A DNA stretch of 64,000 nt from an uncultured Gammaproteobacteria bacterium (lineage in GTDB: Bacteria; Patescibacteriota; Microgenomatia; UBA10105; UBA927), in NCBI GenBank assembly GCA_964596355.1, contig CAZQTD010000002.1, positions 24,929 to 88,928 of the forward strand, in the 5' to 3' direction. The position numbers and the translations under genes were made by a program. This document shows positions 38,805 to 49,570 of this stretch, piece after piece (position 1 is the first letter of the stretch; each line of letters opens with the position of its first letter). The notes under the pieces are model-generated. The model was not told where the DNA came from. It did not search any database and was given only the letters and a program-made list of their open reading frames with translations.

Positions 38805-39685
38805 AGATATTAGGAACAGGATTATCAGGGCTTGTCGGTTCGCGCGTTGTTGAACTTCTTTCACCCCCTTGGAGTTTTGAAAACTTGAGTCTTGAAACTG
38901 GTATTGATATTACTGACAAAACGCTCGTGACGCGCTACATTGAGCAATCAGAAAGCCAGTGGGTTTTCCATTTTGCGGCAATTACTGATGTTGACGGATG
39001 TGAACAAGAAAAAGATAGAGGCCAGCAGAGCAGATCGTGGCAGGTCAACGTTGCAGCCACAGAACACATCGTTCAAGCGTGCAAGGAGACCGGAAAGCGC
39101 ATGGTGTATATTTCCACAGATTTTGTTTTTGACGGCACGAAACCGTCATATACCGAAGAAGATATTCCTAATCCTCTGAGCTGGTACGCGCTGACAAAAT
39201 ATGAAGGCGAGAAACGGGTCACTGCCTTGGGCGATCGCGGGCTTATTGTGCGCATCGCCTACCCCTATCGCGCAACAGCTGCCGGCAAGCCTGATTTTGT
39301 CCATAGAATACTTGAAAGATTACAACAGGGCAGTCCGGTGACTGCTCCAAGCGATTCGTTTATTACGCCGACGTTTATCGATGATATTGCCTATGCCTTG
39401 AAAAAACTTATATCGGCACGTTCAAGCGGCATCTATCATGTGGTTGGAGGCGCCGCGACGACTCCTTTTGAGGCGGCGCAAACGATCGCTCGCGTGTTTG
39501 AACTAGACAGTTCGCACATTACATCGATTATGCATGAAGACTATTACAAGAATCGAGCGAGGCGTCCCTTTTACGGCATACTCAAACATGATAAAATAGC
39601 GAAATTCGGTGTCGCTATGTCTACTTTGGAAGACGGGTTGCGAGCGGTACGTGAACAGGTAGGTAAGGCGCGTAAAGACGTATGA
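38801..39685 (+). CDS. rmlD: dTDP-4-dehydrorhamnose reductase
   Basis: GLSGLVG, ISTDFVFDG, YALTK. Confidence 0.9.
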   Translation: MKILGTGLSGLVGSRVVELLSPPWSFENLSLETGIDITDKTLVTRYIEQSESQWVFHFAAITDVDGCEQEKDRGQQSRSWQVNVAATEHIVQACKETGKRMVYISTDFVFDGTKPSYTEEDIPNPLSWYALTKYEGEKRVTALGDRGLIVRIAYPYRATAAGKPDFVHRILERLQQGSPVTAPSDSFITPTFIDDIAYALKKLISARSSGIYHVVGGAATTPFEAAQTIARVFELDSSHITSIMHEDYYKNRARRPFYGILKHDKIAKFGVAMSTLEDGLRAVREQVGKARKDV

Positions 39686-40980
39686 CGATAGCATTTATCG
39701 GCCATGGGTACGTTGGACTTGTTTCTGCCGCTGTATTTGCGGATTTAGGTAATACCGTGTGGGTGGTCGGACGAACGAAGGAGAAAATAGATAAGCTTAA
39801 ACGCGGCATAGCGACGTTTTATGAGCCGGGTCTTTCGGAGTTGGTCAAACGCAACGTTGACGCAGGCAGATTGCTTTTTACGCTGGACTATAAAGACGCG
39901 GTCGTTCCATCCACAATCATTTTTATTTGTGTGGGCACGCCTGCCAGGCGCAATGGCGAGGCAGACCTAACGAGTGTTTTTTCAGCGGCTGAACACATAG
40001 GAAAAAATCTCACGGGTTATAAAGTAGTGGCAACAAAAAGTACCGTGCCGCCGGGAACAAATCGCAAGGTAGCTGCAATTCTTGCAAAACACGCTTCGCG
40101 GGATGCGTTGTTTGACGTTGCATCGGTGCCGGAATTCTTGCGTGAAGGAAGCGCCATAGACGATACGCTTCATCCGGATCGTGTCGTTATTGGCTGTGAT
40201 GCGAAGCGAGCCTGCAAACTGCTTCTTGAACTCCACAAGCCTATTGACGGCAAGACGGTGCTTTGTGCTATAGAGACTGCGGAACTTATCAAATACGCAT
40301 CCAATTCGCTTTTGTCTACAAAAATATCGTTTGCCAACGCCATATCATTTCTTGCGGAAAGGGTTGGAGCAGATGCAGAGCAGGTTTTGGAAGGTGTTGG
40401 ACTGGACAAAAGGCTGGGCAGAAGTTTTCTCTATCCCGGGGTTGGATATGGCGGCAGTTGCTTCCCCAAAGACGTGAAAGCGCTTATCGCTATCGCCAAG
40501 GAGCACGGGTATGATTTTAGCCTTCTTAAGGCGGTTGACGCTATAAACAAGGAGGCTGCCGAACATTTTATAGAGAAAATCTTGAACCACTTTGACGGTA
40601 AACTCGCAGGAAAAACCATCGCGATATGGGGACTATCATTTAAGCCAAATACCGATGACATGCGAGAAGCGCCGTCAATATCAATAATTTCACGTCTTGT
40701 TCGCGAGGGGGCAACTGTTCGCGCCTACGATCCCGCGGCTGTGGAAAACGCGAAGCTCGTGTTGCCCAAAAGCGTCGAATTTACCAGAAGCGCGCAAGAG
40801 GCAGCAACCGGAGCAGACGCGGTTGCTGTCATCACAGAATGGAATGAATTTCGCCAGATTGATCTGGAGAAGCTAGCTAAAAATCTTAAAAGCAGAGTTC
40901 TTTTTGATGGAAGGAACATTTACGATCCCGAGCGTGTAAAAGAGGCGGGTTTTCTGTATTATAGTGTTGGGAGGGGATAA
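39682..40980 (+). CDS. ugd: UDP-glucose 6-dehydrogenase
   Basis: GHGYVG, KSTVPPGT, PEFLREG, GYGGSCFPKD. Confidence 0.94.
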   Translation: MTIAFIGHGYVGLVSAAVFADLGNTVWVVGRTKEKIDKLKRGIATFYEPGLSELVKRNVDAGRLLFTLDYKDAVVPSTIIFICVGTPARRNGEADLTSVFSAAEHIGKNLTGYKVVATKSTVPPGTNRKVAAILAKHASRDALFDVASVPEFLREGSAIDDTLHPDRVVIGCDAKRACKLLLELHKPIDGKTVLCAIETAELIKYASNSLLSTKISFANAISFLAERVGADAEQVLEGVGLDKRLGRSFLYPGVGYGGSCFPKDVKALIAIAKEHGYDFSLLKAVDAINKEAAEHFIEKILNHFDGKLAGKTIAIWGLSFKPNTDDMREAPSISIISRLVREGATVRAYDPAAVENAKLVLPKSVEFTRSAQEAATGADAVAVITEWNEFRQIDLEKLAKNLKSRVLFDGRNIYDPERVKEAGFLYYSVGRG

Positions 40981-40983
40981 ATT

Positions 40984-41943
40984 ATGGTTAAGAAAAAAGT
41001 ATTCATTACCGGTATTGCCGGGTTTGTGGGGAGCCATTTGGCGGAATTGCTTCTGCATAAGGGGTTTGAAGTGTATGGACTTGTACGGCCGCGCAGCAAC
41101 ACCGATCACATTGAATCCATCATGAGCAGACTGCGGCTGGTGGACGCCGATCTAATGGACACCCACAGTCTCTATACAACCATCAATAGGATTAAGCCTG
41201 ATTTTATTTTCCATCTGGCTGCACAATCGTTCGTTCCAACATCATGGGTTTCTCCGTCGGTGACGCTGGAGGTCAATGTTGTGGGATCCGCAAACCTCTT
41301 CGAAGCGGTTAAGATGGCAAAAATAGATCCCGTCATCCAGATTGCGTGTTCTTCAGAAGAATACGGTTTGGTTATGCCCGAAGAACTGCCAATAGTGGAA
41401 ACGAACCCCCTGCGGCCGCTTTCTCCGTATGCGGTATCAAAAGTCGCAATGGATTATTTGGGATACCAGTATTACCAATCGTACAAGGTGCGAATTGTGC
41501 GGACTCGCGGGTTTAACCATACCGGTCCAAGGCGTGGAGAAACGTTTGCCGAGTCGAATTTTGCCAAGCAAATTGCGATGATTGAAAAGGGCAAACAAGA
41601 ACCGGTCGTCAGCGTCGGAAATTTGGATGCAAGCCGTGACTATACCGATGTGCGGGATATGGTGCGCGCGTACCTTTTGGCTGTTGAGAAGTGCGACCCG
41701 GGCGACGTTTACAATATCTGTTCAAATAAAACGGTCAAAATTGGCGATATGCTTAACCTTCTTGTATCATATGCAAAGGTGAAGGTGACGGTAAAGACGG
41801 ACCCCGCACGGATGCGTCCCAGCGACGTGCCGATACTTTTGGGAAGCAGCAAGAAATTTTTTGATAAAACCGGTTGGAAGCCAGAGATCCCGTTTGAAAA
41901 AACCATGGAAGATCTTCTTAATTACTGGCGGGCGAGAGTGTGA
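40984..41943 (+). CDS. GDP-mannose 4,6-dehydratase-like SDR
   Basis: TGIAGFVG, HLAAQS, SSEEYG, YAVSK, FNHTGPRRG; RMD-type reductase not excluded. Confidence 0.75.
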   Translation: MVKKKVFITGIAGFVGSHLAELLLHKGFEVYGLVRPRSNTDHIESIMSRLRLVDADLMDTHSLYTTINRIKPDFIFHLAAQSFVPTSWVSPSVTLEVNVVGSANLFEAVKMAKIDPVIQIACSSEEYGLVMPEELPIVETNPLRPLSPYAVSKVAMDYLGYQYYQSYKVRIVRTRGFNHTGPRRGETFAESNFAKQIAMIEKGKQEPVVSVGNLDASRDYTDVRDMVRAYLLAVEKCDPGDVYNICSNKTVKIGDMLNLLVSYAKVKVTVKTDPARMRPSDVPILLGSSKKFFDKTGWKPEIPFEKTMEDLLNYWRARV

Positions 41944-41950
41944 CGCTGCT

Positions 41951-43063
41951 ATGAATCTGGTCTTCATTCTTCCCACGTATAACGAACGGGAGAATATTGT
42001 TACGCTGCTTGAAGCGCTTAGAAAAGCGACGTCAAAAGTTAAAGGCTATACGATTACGTATCTTATCGTTGATGATAATTCTCCGGATGGCACAAAAGAT
42101 GAAGTGTTGCGGTACAAAAAAACTCACCCTACCGTTCAGGTGGTATCCGGCAAGAAAGAAGGTTTGGGCAAAGCGCTATTGCGGGGAATGAAGTATGCGG
42201 TTCATACGCTTCGTACCGACATTTTGTTTCAAATGGATGCGGACTTATCGCATGATCCCTCTAAAGTGCCGGAATTTTTAGAGCATCTGGCAAAGGGCGC
42301 GGATTTTGTCATCGGAAGCAGATACATTCCGGGAGGGTCTATACCGGACAACTGGGGAGCGCACCGAAAGCTTTTTAGCAGGGCTGGTAATGCGATCGTG
42401 CGGTTTGGGCTCGGATATCCGCATGTGCATGACTGGACAGGAGGATTTAGAGCGTTTCCCAAAAAGTATTATGAATTATTGCATGAAGAAGTTTCTCCGT
42501 ACAGCGGATACGTATTTCAAATAGCATTTTTGCACCGCGCGATTATGAAAGGCGCGCGTGTTGCCGAAGTGCCGTTTAGATTTACGGATAGACGGTTTGG
42601 CAGGTCAAAAATAGCGCCCGCCGAATATATCCGCAATGTGTTGGTATATGTGGCAAATGCCAGAATGATGCAATGCATACATGGCCCCATCGGCAAGATG
42701 CTTGTTGTGGGCGCCATAGGGTTTGTCATCAATACGATTATTCTTGAGGCCGGCGTTGCGCTGGGTTTGGATCCGACGGTTGGAAGCGCGGCAGGAGCAG
42801 AAACAGCGATTATATCGAATTTTATCCTCAACAACACGTGGACGTTTCGGGAGAGAAAAATTATCGGCATAAGATTAATCAGTAAATTCCTGCAATTTAA
42901 CGCGACGTCGTTTGGCGCGATACTCATTCAGACGGCAACAGTGTTTGCGGGCACGCGATTGTTTGGTCACGGCGTGTATCGGTTGTTTTACATGATGGGC
43001 GTGGGAATCGGTTTGGTATGGAATTTTACAATGTACGCAAAGGTCATCTGGAGAAAAAAATGA
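41951..43063 (+). CDS. GT2 polyprenol-phosphate glycosyltransferase fused to GtrA-like domain
   Basis: PTYNE, DDNSPDGT, MDADLSH, DWTGGFR; C-terminal 4 TM with NFILNNTWTF. Confidence 0.88.
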   Translation: MNLVFILPTYNERENIVTLLEALRKATSKVKGYTITYLIVDDNSPDGTKDEVLRYKKTHPTVQVVSGKKEGLGKALLRGMKYAVHTLRTDILFQMDADLSHDPSKVPEFLEHLAKGADFVIGSRYIPGGSIPDNWGAHRKLFSRAGNAIVRFGLGYPHVHDWTGGFRAFPKKYYELLHEEVSPYSGYVFQIAFLHRAIMKGARVAEVPFRFTDRRFGRSKIAPAEYIRNVLVYVANARMMQCIHGPIGKMLVVGAIGFVINTIILEAGVALGLDPTVGSAAGAETAIISNFILNNTWTFRERKIIGIRLISKFLQFNATSFGAILIQTATVFAGTRLFGHGVYRLFYMMGVGIGLVWNFTMYAKVIWRKK

Positions 43064-43067
43064 ACAT

Positions 43068-44609
43068 ATGATAGTAATATGCGGTGAGCAGAAGAAACCA
43101 TGGATGGTTCCCCTTGTGGTGGGGGTTATTCTCGCGCTTGGAGCGTATCTTCGGCTCCACAATATTGCTGGCTACATGACGTTTTTGGGTGATGAAGGAC
43201 GAGACGTCCTTGTCGTCAAACGCATGATAGTGGACCATAAATTTACGCTTCTTGGCCCCACTGCGTCAGTGGGCGGATTTTTCCTTGGACCGCTCTACTA
43301 CTACCTTATGCTTCCTTTTTTGTGGGCATGGGGGCTTAATCCTGTGGGTCCCGCCGTTATGGTTGCGCTTTTTGGTGTTGCGACGATTTACCTTGTGTAC
43401 CTGACCGGACGCGTACTGTTTGACCGGTGGGTCGGTATAATCGCTGCAAGTCTCTATGCGGTGTCTCCTTTAGTTATCGCGTACTCCCGATCATCATGGA
43501 ATCCAAACGTGGTGCCGTTTTTTGCGACGCTTCTTGTATTGTTATTGTGGAAGCTTAAACAACGCGAAACAGGACGTGTTGCCCTTGGAATCGGCGTTGT
43601 TCTCGGCATGGGACTGCAGCTCCATTATCTCTTCCTCTTTTTATTTGTACTGGTGGGTTTGTGGTATGCGGTGAGCGTTCGGCGTGCCACGCTGTTACGA
43701 CTCGTCGCTCTGACGACAGCGGGGTTCGTCATTGGGTACGCGCCGTTTCTAGCGTTTGAGGTGCGCCACGGTTTTCCTAACACGCAATCCGTGATACGTT
43801 TTGTGTTTGCGGGTAAAGAAACCGGGTATCAGGGGACAGCGTTTTTTACGACGATTTACGACATCGTGTTTAGGCTTTTTGGAAGACTTCTTTTCAGACT
43901 TCCAGATACGACCGTATGGGACAATTTCCCGCGATGGCAAATAGCCGTTTGGATCATGATCACGCGGACGACTGCTATAATAAGCAGCATTGCTTTATTC
44001 TTGCCTGTCTTTAGAAGACGCAAACAATCACAAAACTATCTCCTCCTCCTTCTGTGGTTTACTGTTCCGGTGTTTCTTTTTGGGTTTTACAAAAAGGGTA
44101 TCTATGATTATTATTTTGGCATTTTTTTTGCATTGCCGTTTCTTGCCGTTGGAATCATCGTGTCGCTCCTTATGAAAGGAAAACTTTCCCGGTGGATGGC
44201 ATTGGGACTTTGGCTGGGACTGGTATATTTTAATTGGCAGGGAAGGCCGTTTGTTCATCCTCCGAATAATCAGCTGGCGCAGGCGAGAGAAATCGCTCGT
44301 GTTGCGTATGAAAAGGCAGAGGGGCGGCCGTACAACTTTGCCTTGGTAACCAGCGGGAATTCTGATCACGCGTACCGATACTTTTTTGAACTATGGGGCA
44401 ATAAGCCAGTTACAATTGAGAATGAAAGCATTGACCCGGAAAGGAAAACCGTGACAGATCAACTCATCGTTATATGTGAAGGCGCGTGCGAGCCGCTGGG
44501 ACATCCCTTGTGGGAGATTGCTGGTTTCGGCAGAGCAGAAATCGCAGGAAGCTGGGACGTACCATTTGTCAAAATTTATAAACTCGTCCACTATAAAGGA
44601 GAATCGTGA
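43068..44609 (+). CDS. GT-C membrane glycosyltransferase (ArnT/PMT-like)
   Basis: Multi-TM, GDEGRD loop, GPLYYY, SRSSWNP. Confidence 0.8.
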   Translation: MIVICGEQKKPWMVPLVVGVILALGAYLRLHNIAGYMTFLGDEGRDVLVVKRMIVDHKFTLLGPTASVGGFFLGPLYYYLMLPFLWAWGLNPVGPAVMVALFGVATIYLVYLTGRVLFDRWVGIIAASLYAVSPLVIAYSRSSWNPNVVPFFATLLVLLLWKLKQRETGRVALGIGVVLGMGLQLHYLFLFLFVLVGLWYAVSVRRATLLRLVALTTAGFVIGYAPFLAFEVRHGFPNTQSVIRFVFAGKETGYQGTAFFTTIYDIVFRLFGRLLFRLPDTTVWDNFPRWQIAVWIMITRTTAIISSIALFLPVFRRRKQSQNYLLLLLWFTVPVFLFGFYKKGIYDYYFGIFFALPFLAVGIIVSLLMKGKLSRWMALGLWLGLVYFNWQGRPFVHPPNNQLAQAREIARVAYEKAEGRPYNFALVTSGNSDHAYRYFFELWGNKPVTIENESIDPERKTVTDQLIVICEGACEPLGHPLWEIAGFGRAEIAGSWDVPFVKIYKLVHYKGES

Positions 44610-45358
44610 AACAACCGTTTTTGTCCATCGTCATCCCTGCATACAATGAAGAAACGAATATTCGCTTAGGCGCGCTTGATAAGGTGTCCAGGTATCTGGA
44701 GCACCAAACATACAGAAAGGAAGTTATTGTGGTTGATGACGGCTCGACCGATGCGACAGGGGATCTCCTTGACGATTTTGTCCAAACGAATAAAGACTTT
44801 CGCGTTATCCACAAGGCTCACAGTGGAAAAGCCGGCACGGTGATAGAGGGTGTGTTGGCGGCAAAAGGAGAACTGGTGCTGTTTACCGATCTAGATCAGG
44901 CAACGCCGCTTCATGAACTAGAACGTTTGCTGCCGTATTTTGCCAGCGGATATGACATTGTTATCGGTTCAAGGAATGCAAGGCGTGAAGGAGCGCCCGT
45001 TACACGCGTCATAATGGCGAAAGGATTTATGATGCTTCGCGCGCTCTTTCTGGGACTTCGAGGAATTACTGACACGCAGTGCGGATTTAAAGCGTTCCGG
45101 CGGGAAGTAGCAGTGTCAATTGTTCGAAACCTCAAGCTCTACGGACATGGCGGCCAAGCGACCGGTTCGATGGTAACCGCAGGATTTGATATAGAGGTGC
45201 TTTTTGTTGCGAAAAAAAAGAAATACAAAATTAAAGAAGTTCCTGTCGAGTGGCACTATGTGGAAACGAGGAGAGTTAGCCCGCTAAAAGATTCTTTATT
45301 CGGACTTGTGGATATGATAAAAATCCGCGTGAATGCGTGGCGGGGGCTCTATCGGTAG
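44606..45358 (+). CDS. GT2 polyprenol-phosphate glycosyltransferase (ALG5-like)
   Basis: IPAYNEE, DDGSTD, FTDLD, DTQCGFK, GFDIE. Confidence 0.88.
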   Translation: MKQPFLSIVIPAYNEETNIRLGALDKVSRYLEHQTYRKEVIVVDDGSTDATGDLLDDFVQTNKDFRVIHKAHSGKAGTVIEGVLAAKGELVLFTDLDQATPLHELERLLPYFASGYDIVIGSRNARREGAPVTRVIMAKGFMMLRALFLGLRGITDTQCGFKAFRREVAVSIVRNLKLYGHGGQATGSMVTAGFDIEVLFVAKKKKYKIKEVPVEWHYVETRRVSPLKDSLFGLVDMIKIRVNAWRGLYR

Positions 45359-45366
45359 ATTAGCGT

Positions 45367-46506
45367 ATGGTATTGCTTGTATCCTATGTATTTGCGGCGT
45401 TGAGCTTGCTGGTATATTCGTACACTCAAGTTGACTTAAGCCTTACGCTAACCGAAGCGGGCATTTTTCAATCTATACAAAAGGCGTTTCAGCACATTGG
45501 TTATTATCAGCGACCAATGTCTACTGCTTTATTTATCGTGATCGTTCTGATGTTTTCCGGACTTTACCTTGCATCCATTCGCGCGTTTCGGAAGAACGCA
45601 CTGACGAACCGCCAGCTTTGGCATATTATCGGTGCGGTTGCAGCAATTCTTGTATTGTCATACCCGGCTTTTTCTTATGACCTATTTAACTACATGTTTA
45701 CCGCAAAAACCGTACTGGTATATCACAAAAACCCGTACACGGTGACTCCGCTTCAGTTTTCTGGTGTTGAACCATGGCTTTCCTTCATGCATTGGACGCA
45801 TCTACCCAGTGCCTATACCCCATTGTGGATACTCATAACTATCCCCGCGTACCTTTTAGGGTTTGGGTATTTCTTGGGGATCATGTGGAACATGAAACTC
45901 ATTGCTGCGGCATTTTATCTGTTGACTGCATGGTGTATTGGTCAAATTCTGTCGCGCGTCGATGAAAAACGGCGGCAAGTGGGTATGGCGATATTTGCGC
46001 TCAATCCTCTTATCATCATAGAGACGCTTGTCAGCGGCCACAACGATATCGTCATGATGGCGTTCGCAATGTTGGCGCTCTGCTTATGGCTGGCAAGAAA
46101 GCACCGTTTGTCATACGTGTTTTTGGCTCTGTCTGTTGCAAGCAAGCTCATAACGCTTGTTTTGTATCCCGTCGCAGTATCAGGGTGGAATAGACGATGG
46201 GCGCTTGCCGCCATGCTTGGTGGATTTGCCGCTGTTTTAACCCAGCGCGAGGTGCTTGCGTGGTATTGGGTATGGATCGTGCCGTTTGTCGCGCTTCTGC
46301 CGTCCTATGGCGAATTAACGATCGTATCACTGGGCGTATCCATTGGTTTGCTTCTTCGCTACGCGCCGTTTCTCTATTTCGGTCACTGGAACGACCCGGT
46401 TCCGCTTATTAAGGAGTGGGCGACATGGGTGCCTGTTGGCGCTTCAATTGTTTTAGTATGTTCTATACGTCTTTTGCGTAGAAAAAATCGCGCATCTTCG
46501 GTATAA
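45367..46506 (+). CDS. GT-C membrane glycosyltransferase (MptA/MptB-like)
   Basis: SYDLFNY, NPY, SAYTPLW, LNPL..IE....HND. Confidence 0.75.
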   Translation: MVLLVSYVFAALSLLVYSYTQVDLSLTLTEAGIFQSIQKAFQHIGYYQRPMSTALFIVIVLMFSGLYLASIRAFRKNALTNRQLWHIIGAVAAILVLSYPAFSYDLFNYMFTAKTVLVYHKNPYTVTPLQFSGVEPWLSFMHWTHLPSAYTPLWILITIPAYLLGFGYFLGIMWNMKLIAAAFYLLTAWCIGQILSRVDEKRRQVGMAIFALNPLIIIETLVSGHNDIVMMAFAMLALCLWLARKHRLSYVFLALSVASKLITLVLYPVAVSGWNRRWALAAMLGGFAAVLTQREVLAWYWVWIVPFVALLPSYGELTIVSLGVSIGLLLRYAPFLYFGHWNDPVPLIKEWATWVPVGASIVLVCSIRLLRRKNRASSV

Positions 46507-46525
46507 TCTCCGTATATCCTTCTTT

Positions 46526-48028
46526 ATGGCACAACGCACGAAGATTTGGAGTTTAAGGCTGTTGTTCATAGGTGTTTTATTGCTTCTTTTTTACTTAGTC
46601 ACGAGGCTGACCAACCTTACCCAATTGCCGATATTTACCGATGAAGCAATCTATATCCGCTGGAGTCAGATAGGTTCACGCGATGCCAACTGGAGATTTA
46701 TTTCGCTTGTTGACGGCAAGCAGCCGATGTTTACGTGGATTATGATGGTTTTTTTGAAAGTTATCCGCGATCCGCTGCTGGCGGGTCGGCTGGTATCTGT
46801 TGTGAGCGGATTTGTGACGATGGCAGGGTTGGGGCTTTTGACGTTTGCGTTATTTCGAAGTGCGAAGCTGGGGTTTGTCGTCTGTACGCTGTATATACTT
46901 TCTCCGTTTGCCCTTATGTATGACCGCCTCGCACTGTACGATTCTCTGGTAGCCGCGTTTTCTGTGTGGAGTCTTTACGGCGGCGTCCTATTGGTTCGGT
47001 TATTGCGTTTGGACATCGCGCTTCTTCTGGGGATGGTATTGGGCGCGGGAATGCTCAACAAATCCTCGGGATTTATGAGCCTCTACTTTTTGCCTGTTAC
47101 GCTGGTGCTGTTTGACTGGCGTAAAAAGGAGAGAATAATGAGGTTTCTGCGATGGCTGGGTCTTGTGCTGGTTGCCGCAATCATTTCCCAGCTTCTTTAC
47201 AGCGTACTTAGACTTTCGCCGCTTCTTCATATGGTGAAACAAAAAGACGCGGTATTTGTCTATCCGTTTCACGAGTGGCTCAAACACCCTTTCAATTATT
47301 TCGTCGGCAATATACAAGGACAATTTGATTGGCTCATCCGATACATGACCATTCCGATAGCACTGCTTTCATTTATTCCAGCTGTTACTTTCTGGAAGCA
47401 CACACGCGAGAAACTCCTTCTCTACGCGTGGTGGGCAGCGCCGTTTCTTGTGCTTGCGCTGTTTGCCAGAGTCTTGTACCCCCGGTTCATTTTATTTATG
47501 GTAATGCCGCTTTACGTTTTAGCATCGATTCCTTATCTATGGATTATGGAGCGGCTTGGACATCGTCTTTGGAAAGCGGTTCTGCTGTTTCTTATCATAT
47601 TTCCGAGCGTGTTTGCCGACTTTTACATCATCGCGGATCCCAGATATGCGCCGCTCCCATTTTCCGACAAAGTTCAACTTGTAGACGACTGGCCGTCGGG
47701 ATGGGGCATTCGTGAGGTCAACGCATATCTTATAGAAGAAGCGAAAAAGGGAGAGATCGCCGTTTATACAGACGGGACGTTTGGCCTCCTTCCGTATGCA
47801 ATAGAGATGTATCTTGTTGATAACCCGCACGTAACGATAAAAGGAATCTGGCCGCTTCCCAAAGATCCGCCGGAAGAGATGATTGCGGATGCGGCCCGTA
47901 AACCGACATACATGGTATTTAATCAAACGCAGAATGTGCCGTTGTGGCCCATGGAGAAAATCAGTGAATATGCAAAAGGCAACAGCAAGGATCAAAAACT
48001 TCGCTTATATCGAATCATTGAAAAATAA
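46526..48028 (+). CDS. GT-C membrane glycosyltransferase (PMT/ArnT-like)
   Basis: FTDEAIY, GKQP, YDRLALYD, multi-TM. Confidence 0.8.
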   Translation: MAQRTKIWSLRLLFIGVLLLLFYLVTRLTNLTQLPIFTDEAIYIRWSQIGSRDANWRFISLVDGKQPMFTWIMMVFLKVIRDPLLAGRLVSVVSGFVTMAGLGLLTFALFRSAKLGFVVCTLYILSPFALMYDRLALYDSLVAAFSVWSLYGGVLLVRLLRLDIALLLGMVLGAGMLNKSSGFMSLYFLPVTLVLFDWRKKERIMRFLRWLGLVLVAAIISQLLYSVLRLSPLLHMVKQKDAVFVYPFHEWLKHPFNYFVGNIQGQFDWLIRYMTIPIALLSFIPAVTFWKHTREKLLLYAWWAAPFLVLALFARVLYPRFILFMVMPLYVLASIPYLWIMERLGHRLWKAVLLFLIIFPSVFADFYIIADPRYAPLPFSDKVQLVDDWPSGWGIREVNAYLIEEAKKGEIAVYTDGTFGLLPYAIEMYLVDNPHVTIKGIWPLPKDPPEEMIADAARKPTYMVFNQTQNVPLWPMEKISEYAKGNSKDQKLRLYRIIEK

Positions 48029-48034
48029 CCCGTT

Positions 48035-49570
48035 ATGGCAAAAAAGACCGCGCATGTTCCCCTTTTTTCAATTGCCATCATTATTTTTGCCGTCTTCATT
48101 GTGCTCATTCCCCTCATCCGACGCGGTTTTTTCGTTTCCGATGACGGCGAATGGATGATTATCAGGTTATCCGCCTTCTATCAGGCGTTTCGGGAGGGGC
48201 AGTTTCCGGTCCGATTTCTCGGCAGGCTAAACAACAGTTATGGCTATCCGGTCGCAAATTTTTTGTATCCCGGGTTTTTGTATATTGGTTCCGTTTTGCA
48301 TGCGATAGGCTTCTCGTTTGTCGACAGCGTCAAACTCATTCTCGCGGGTTCGGTCATCGGCGCTACAATATTTTTGTACTTATGGCTTCGGACATTTTTT
48401 ACTCCACGCATAAGTGCCGCAGGCGTTTTAAGTTTTGTGTTTGCCCCGTACCTTCTCCATGATATGTACAAGCGGGGCTCCGTAGGTGAGGTGTTGGCGA
48501 TATGTTGGGCGGCAATGGGTTTATACGCTATCGACTCGAAAAAGTCATGGTTGTTTTCACTCGCTCTGGCACTTCTTATCGTCAGTCATAACTCATTGGC
48601 ACTTCTTTTCAGCGGGTTTTTCCTGTTGTATCTCATGTGGCTGCGGCGGATAAACGATTTTCTCTATCCATATTTGTTAGGAGTTGGGATGACAACCTTT
48701 TTCTGGTTGCCAGCGATTATTGAGCAAACCTATGTGGTTTTCCGATCTGCTACCGTAGCAAATCCATCTGAATATTTACTCAAGGGGCTCGAGATTTCGC
48801 GTGTCGGTTTGGCGTTTGTTGTCTTCGCACTCATCCTCATGATAAAACATGAGGTAAAACAACGGGTGCCTTTTTTTATTTGCGTGCTTTGTGGCATCGT
48901 TATCCTTACCCTCCCTATAAGCGCTCCGGTTTGGAAGCTTACAATTTTAAAGACATATGTGCAGTTTCCTTTTCGATTTCTTTCTCTTGGACTTTTTGTT
49001 GGGCCGTGGATCGTTGCTTTTGCCTTGCAGAGACTACGCGGGGGTTGGCGCGTGGCCGCAACAGTTCTCATCGCGATCCTGTGGCTGCATAGCGTCGGCG
49101 ATGCGTTCCGGTCAATCCGTTTTACGCAGGAGGTCGAAGGGTACTACACAACCAATGAGTCAACAACGACGGTACATGATGAATACATGCCTCGGTGGGT
49201 TGTTATGAAGCCAAAGACACGTCCGCGCGAGCGAATGGAGTTTATTAACGGAAGCGGACGGTTCGATTATAGAACAGTGAGCACTCAACTTATTGATGCG
49301 ACTGTTGACGCTCATACAGATAGTATCATTCAAATTAATACAATCTATTATCCTGGTTGGGGAGCAAGCCTTAATGACAGAAAAGTTGTTATAGATTATA
49401 ACAATGATGCGGGAGTGATGCGCATCGCTGTGCCCAAGGGAACATATCGTCTGATTGTGGCATTTCGCGAAACCGTATCGCGGTTTGCCGCAGACGTCGT
49501 TTCAATTATTGCATTCATCCTGTTTCTTGTGTACGCGAGATCTTCGCAAGTGAGGAAGTATCCGGTATGA
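48035..49570 (+). CDS. GT-C-like membrane protein (PTPS-related/YfhO-like)
   Basis: SDDGEW, GQFPVR, YGYP, RGSVGE, FFWLPA, QFPFR, YYPGW. Confidence 0.75.
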   Translation: MAKKTAHVPLFSIAIIIFAVFIVLIPLIRRGFFVSDDGEWMIIRLSAFYQAFREGQFPVRFLGRLNNSYGYPVANFLYPGFLYIGSVLHAIGFSFVDSVKLILAGSVIGATIFLYLWLRTFFTPRISAAGVLSFVFAPYLLHDMYKRGSVGEVLAICWAAMGLYAIDSKKSWLFSLALALLIVSHNSLALLFSGFFLLYLMWLRRINDFLYPYLLGVGMTTFFWLPAIIEQTYVVFRSATVANPSEYLLKGLEISRVGLAFVVFALILMIKHEVKQRVPFFICVLCGIVILTLPISAPVWKLTILKTYVQFPFRFLSLGLFVGPWIVAFALQRLRGGWRVAATVLIAILWLHSVGDAFRSIRFTQEVEGYYTTNESTTTVHDEYMPRWVVMKPKTRPRERMEFINGSGRFDYRTVSTQLIDATVDAHTDSIIQINTIYYPGWGASLNDRKVVIDYNNDAGVMRIAVPKGTYRLIVAFRETVSRFAADVVSIIAFILFLVYARSSQVRKYPV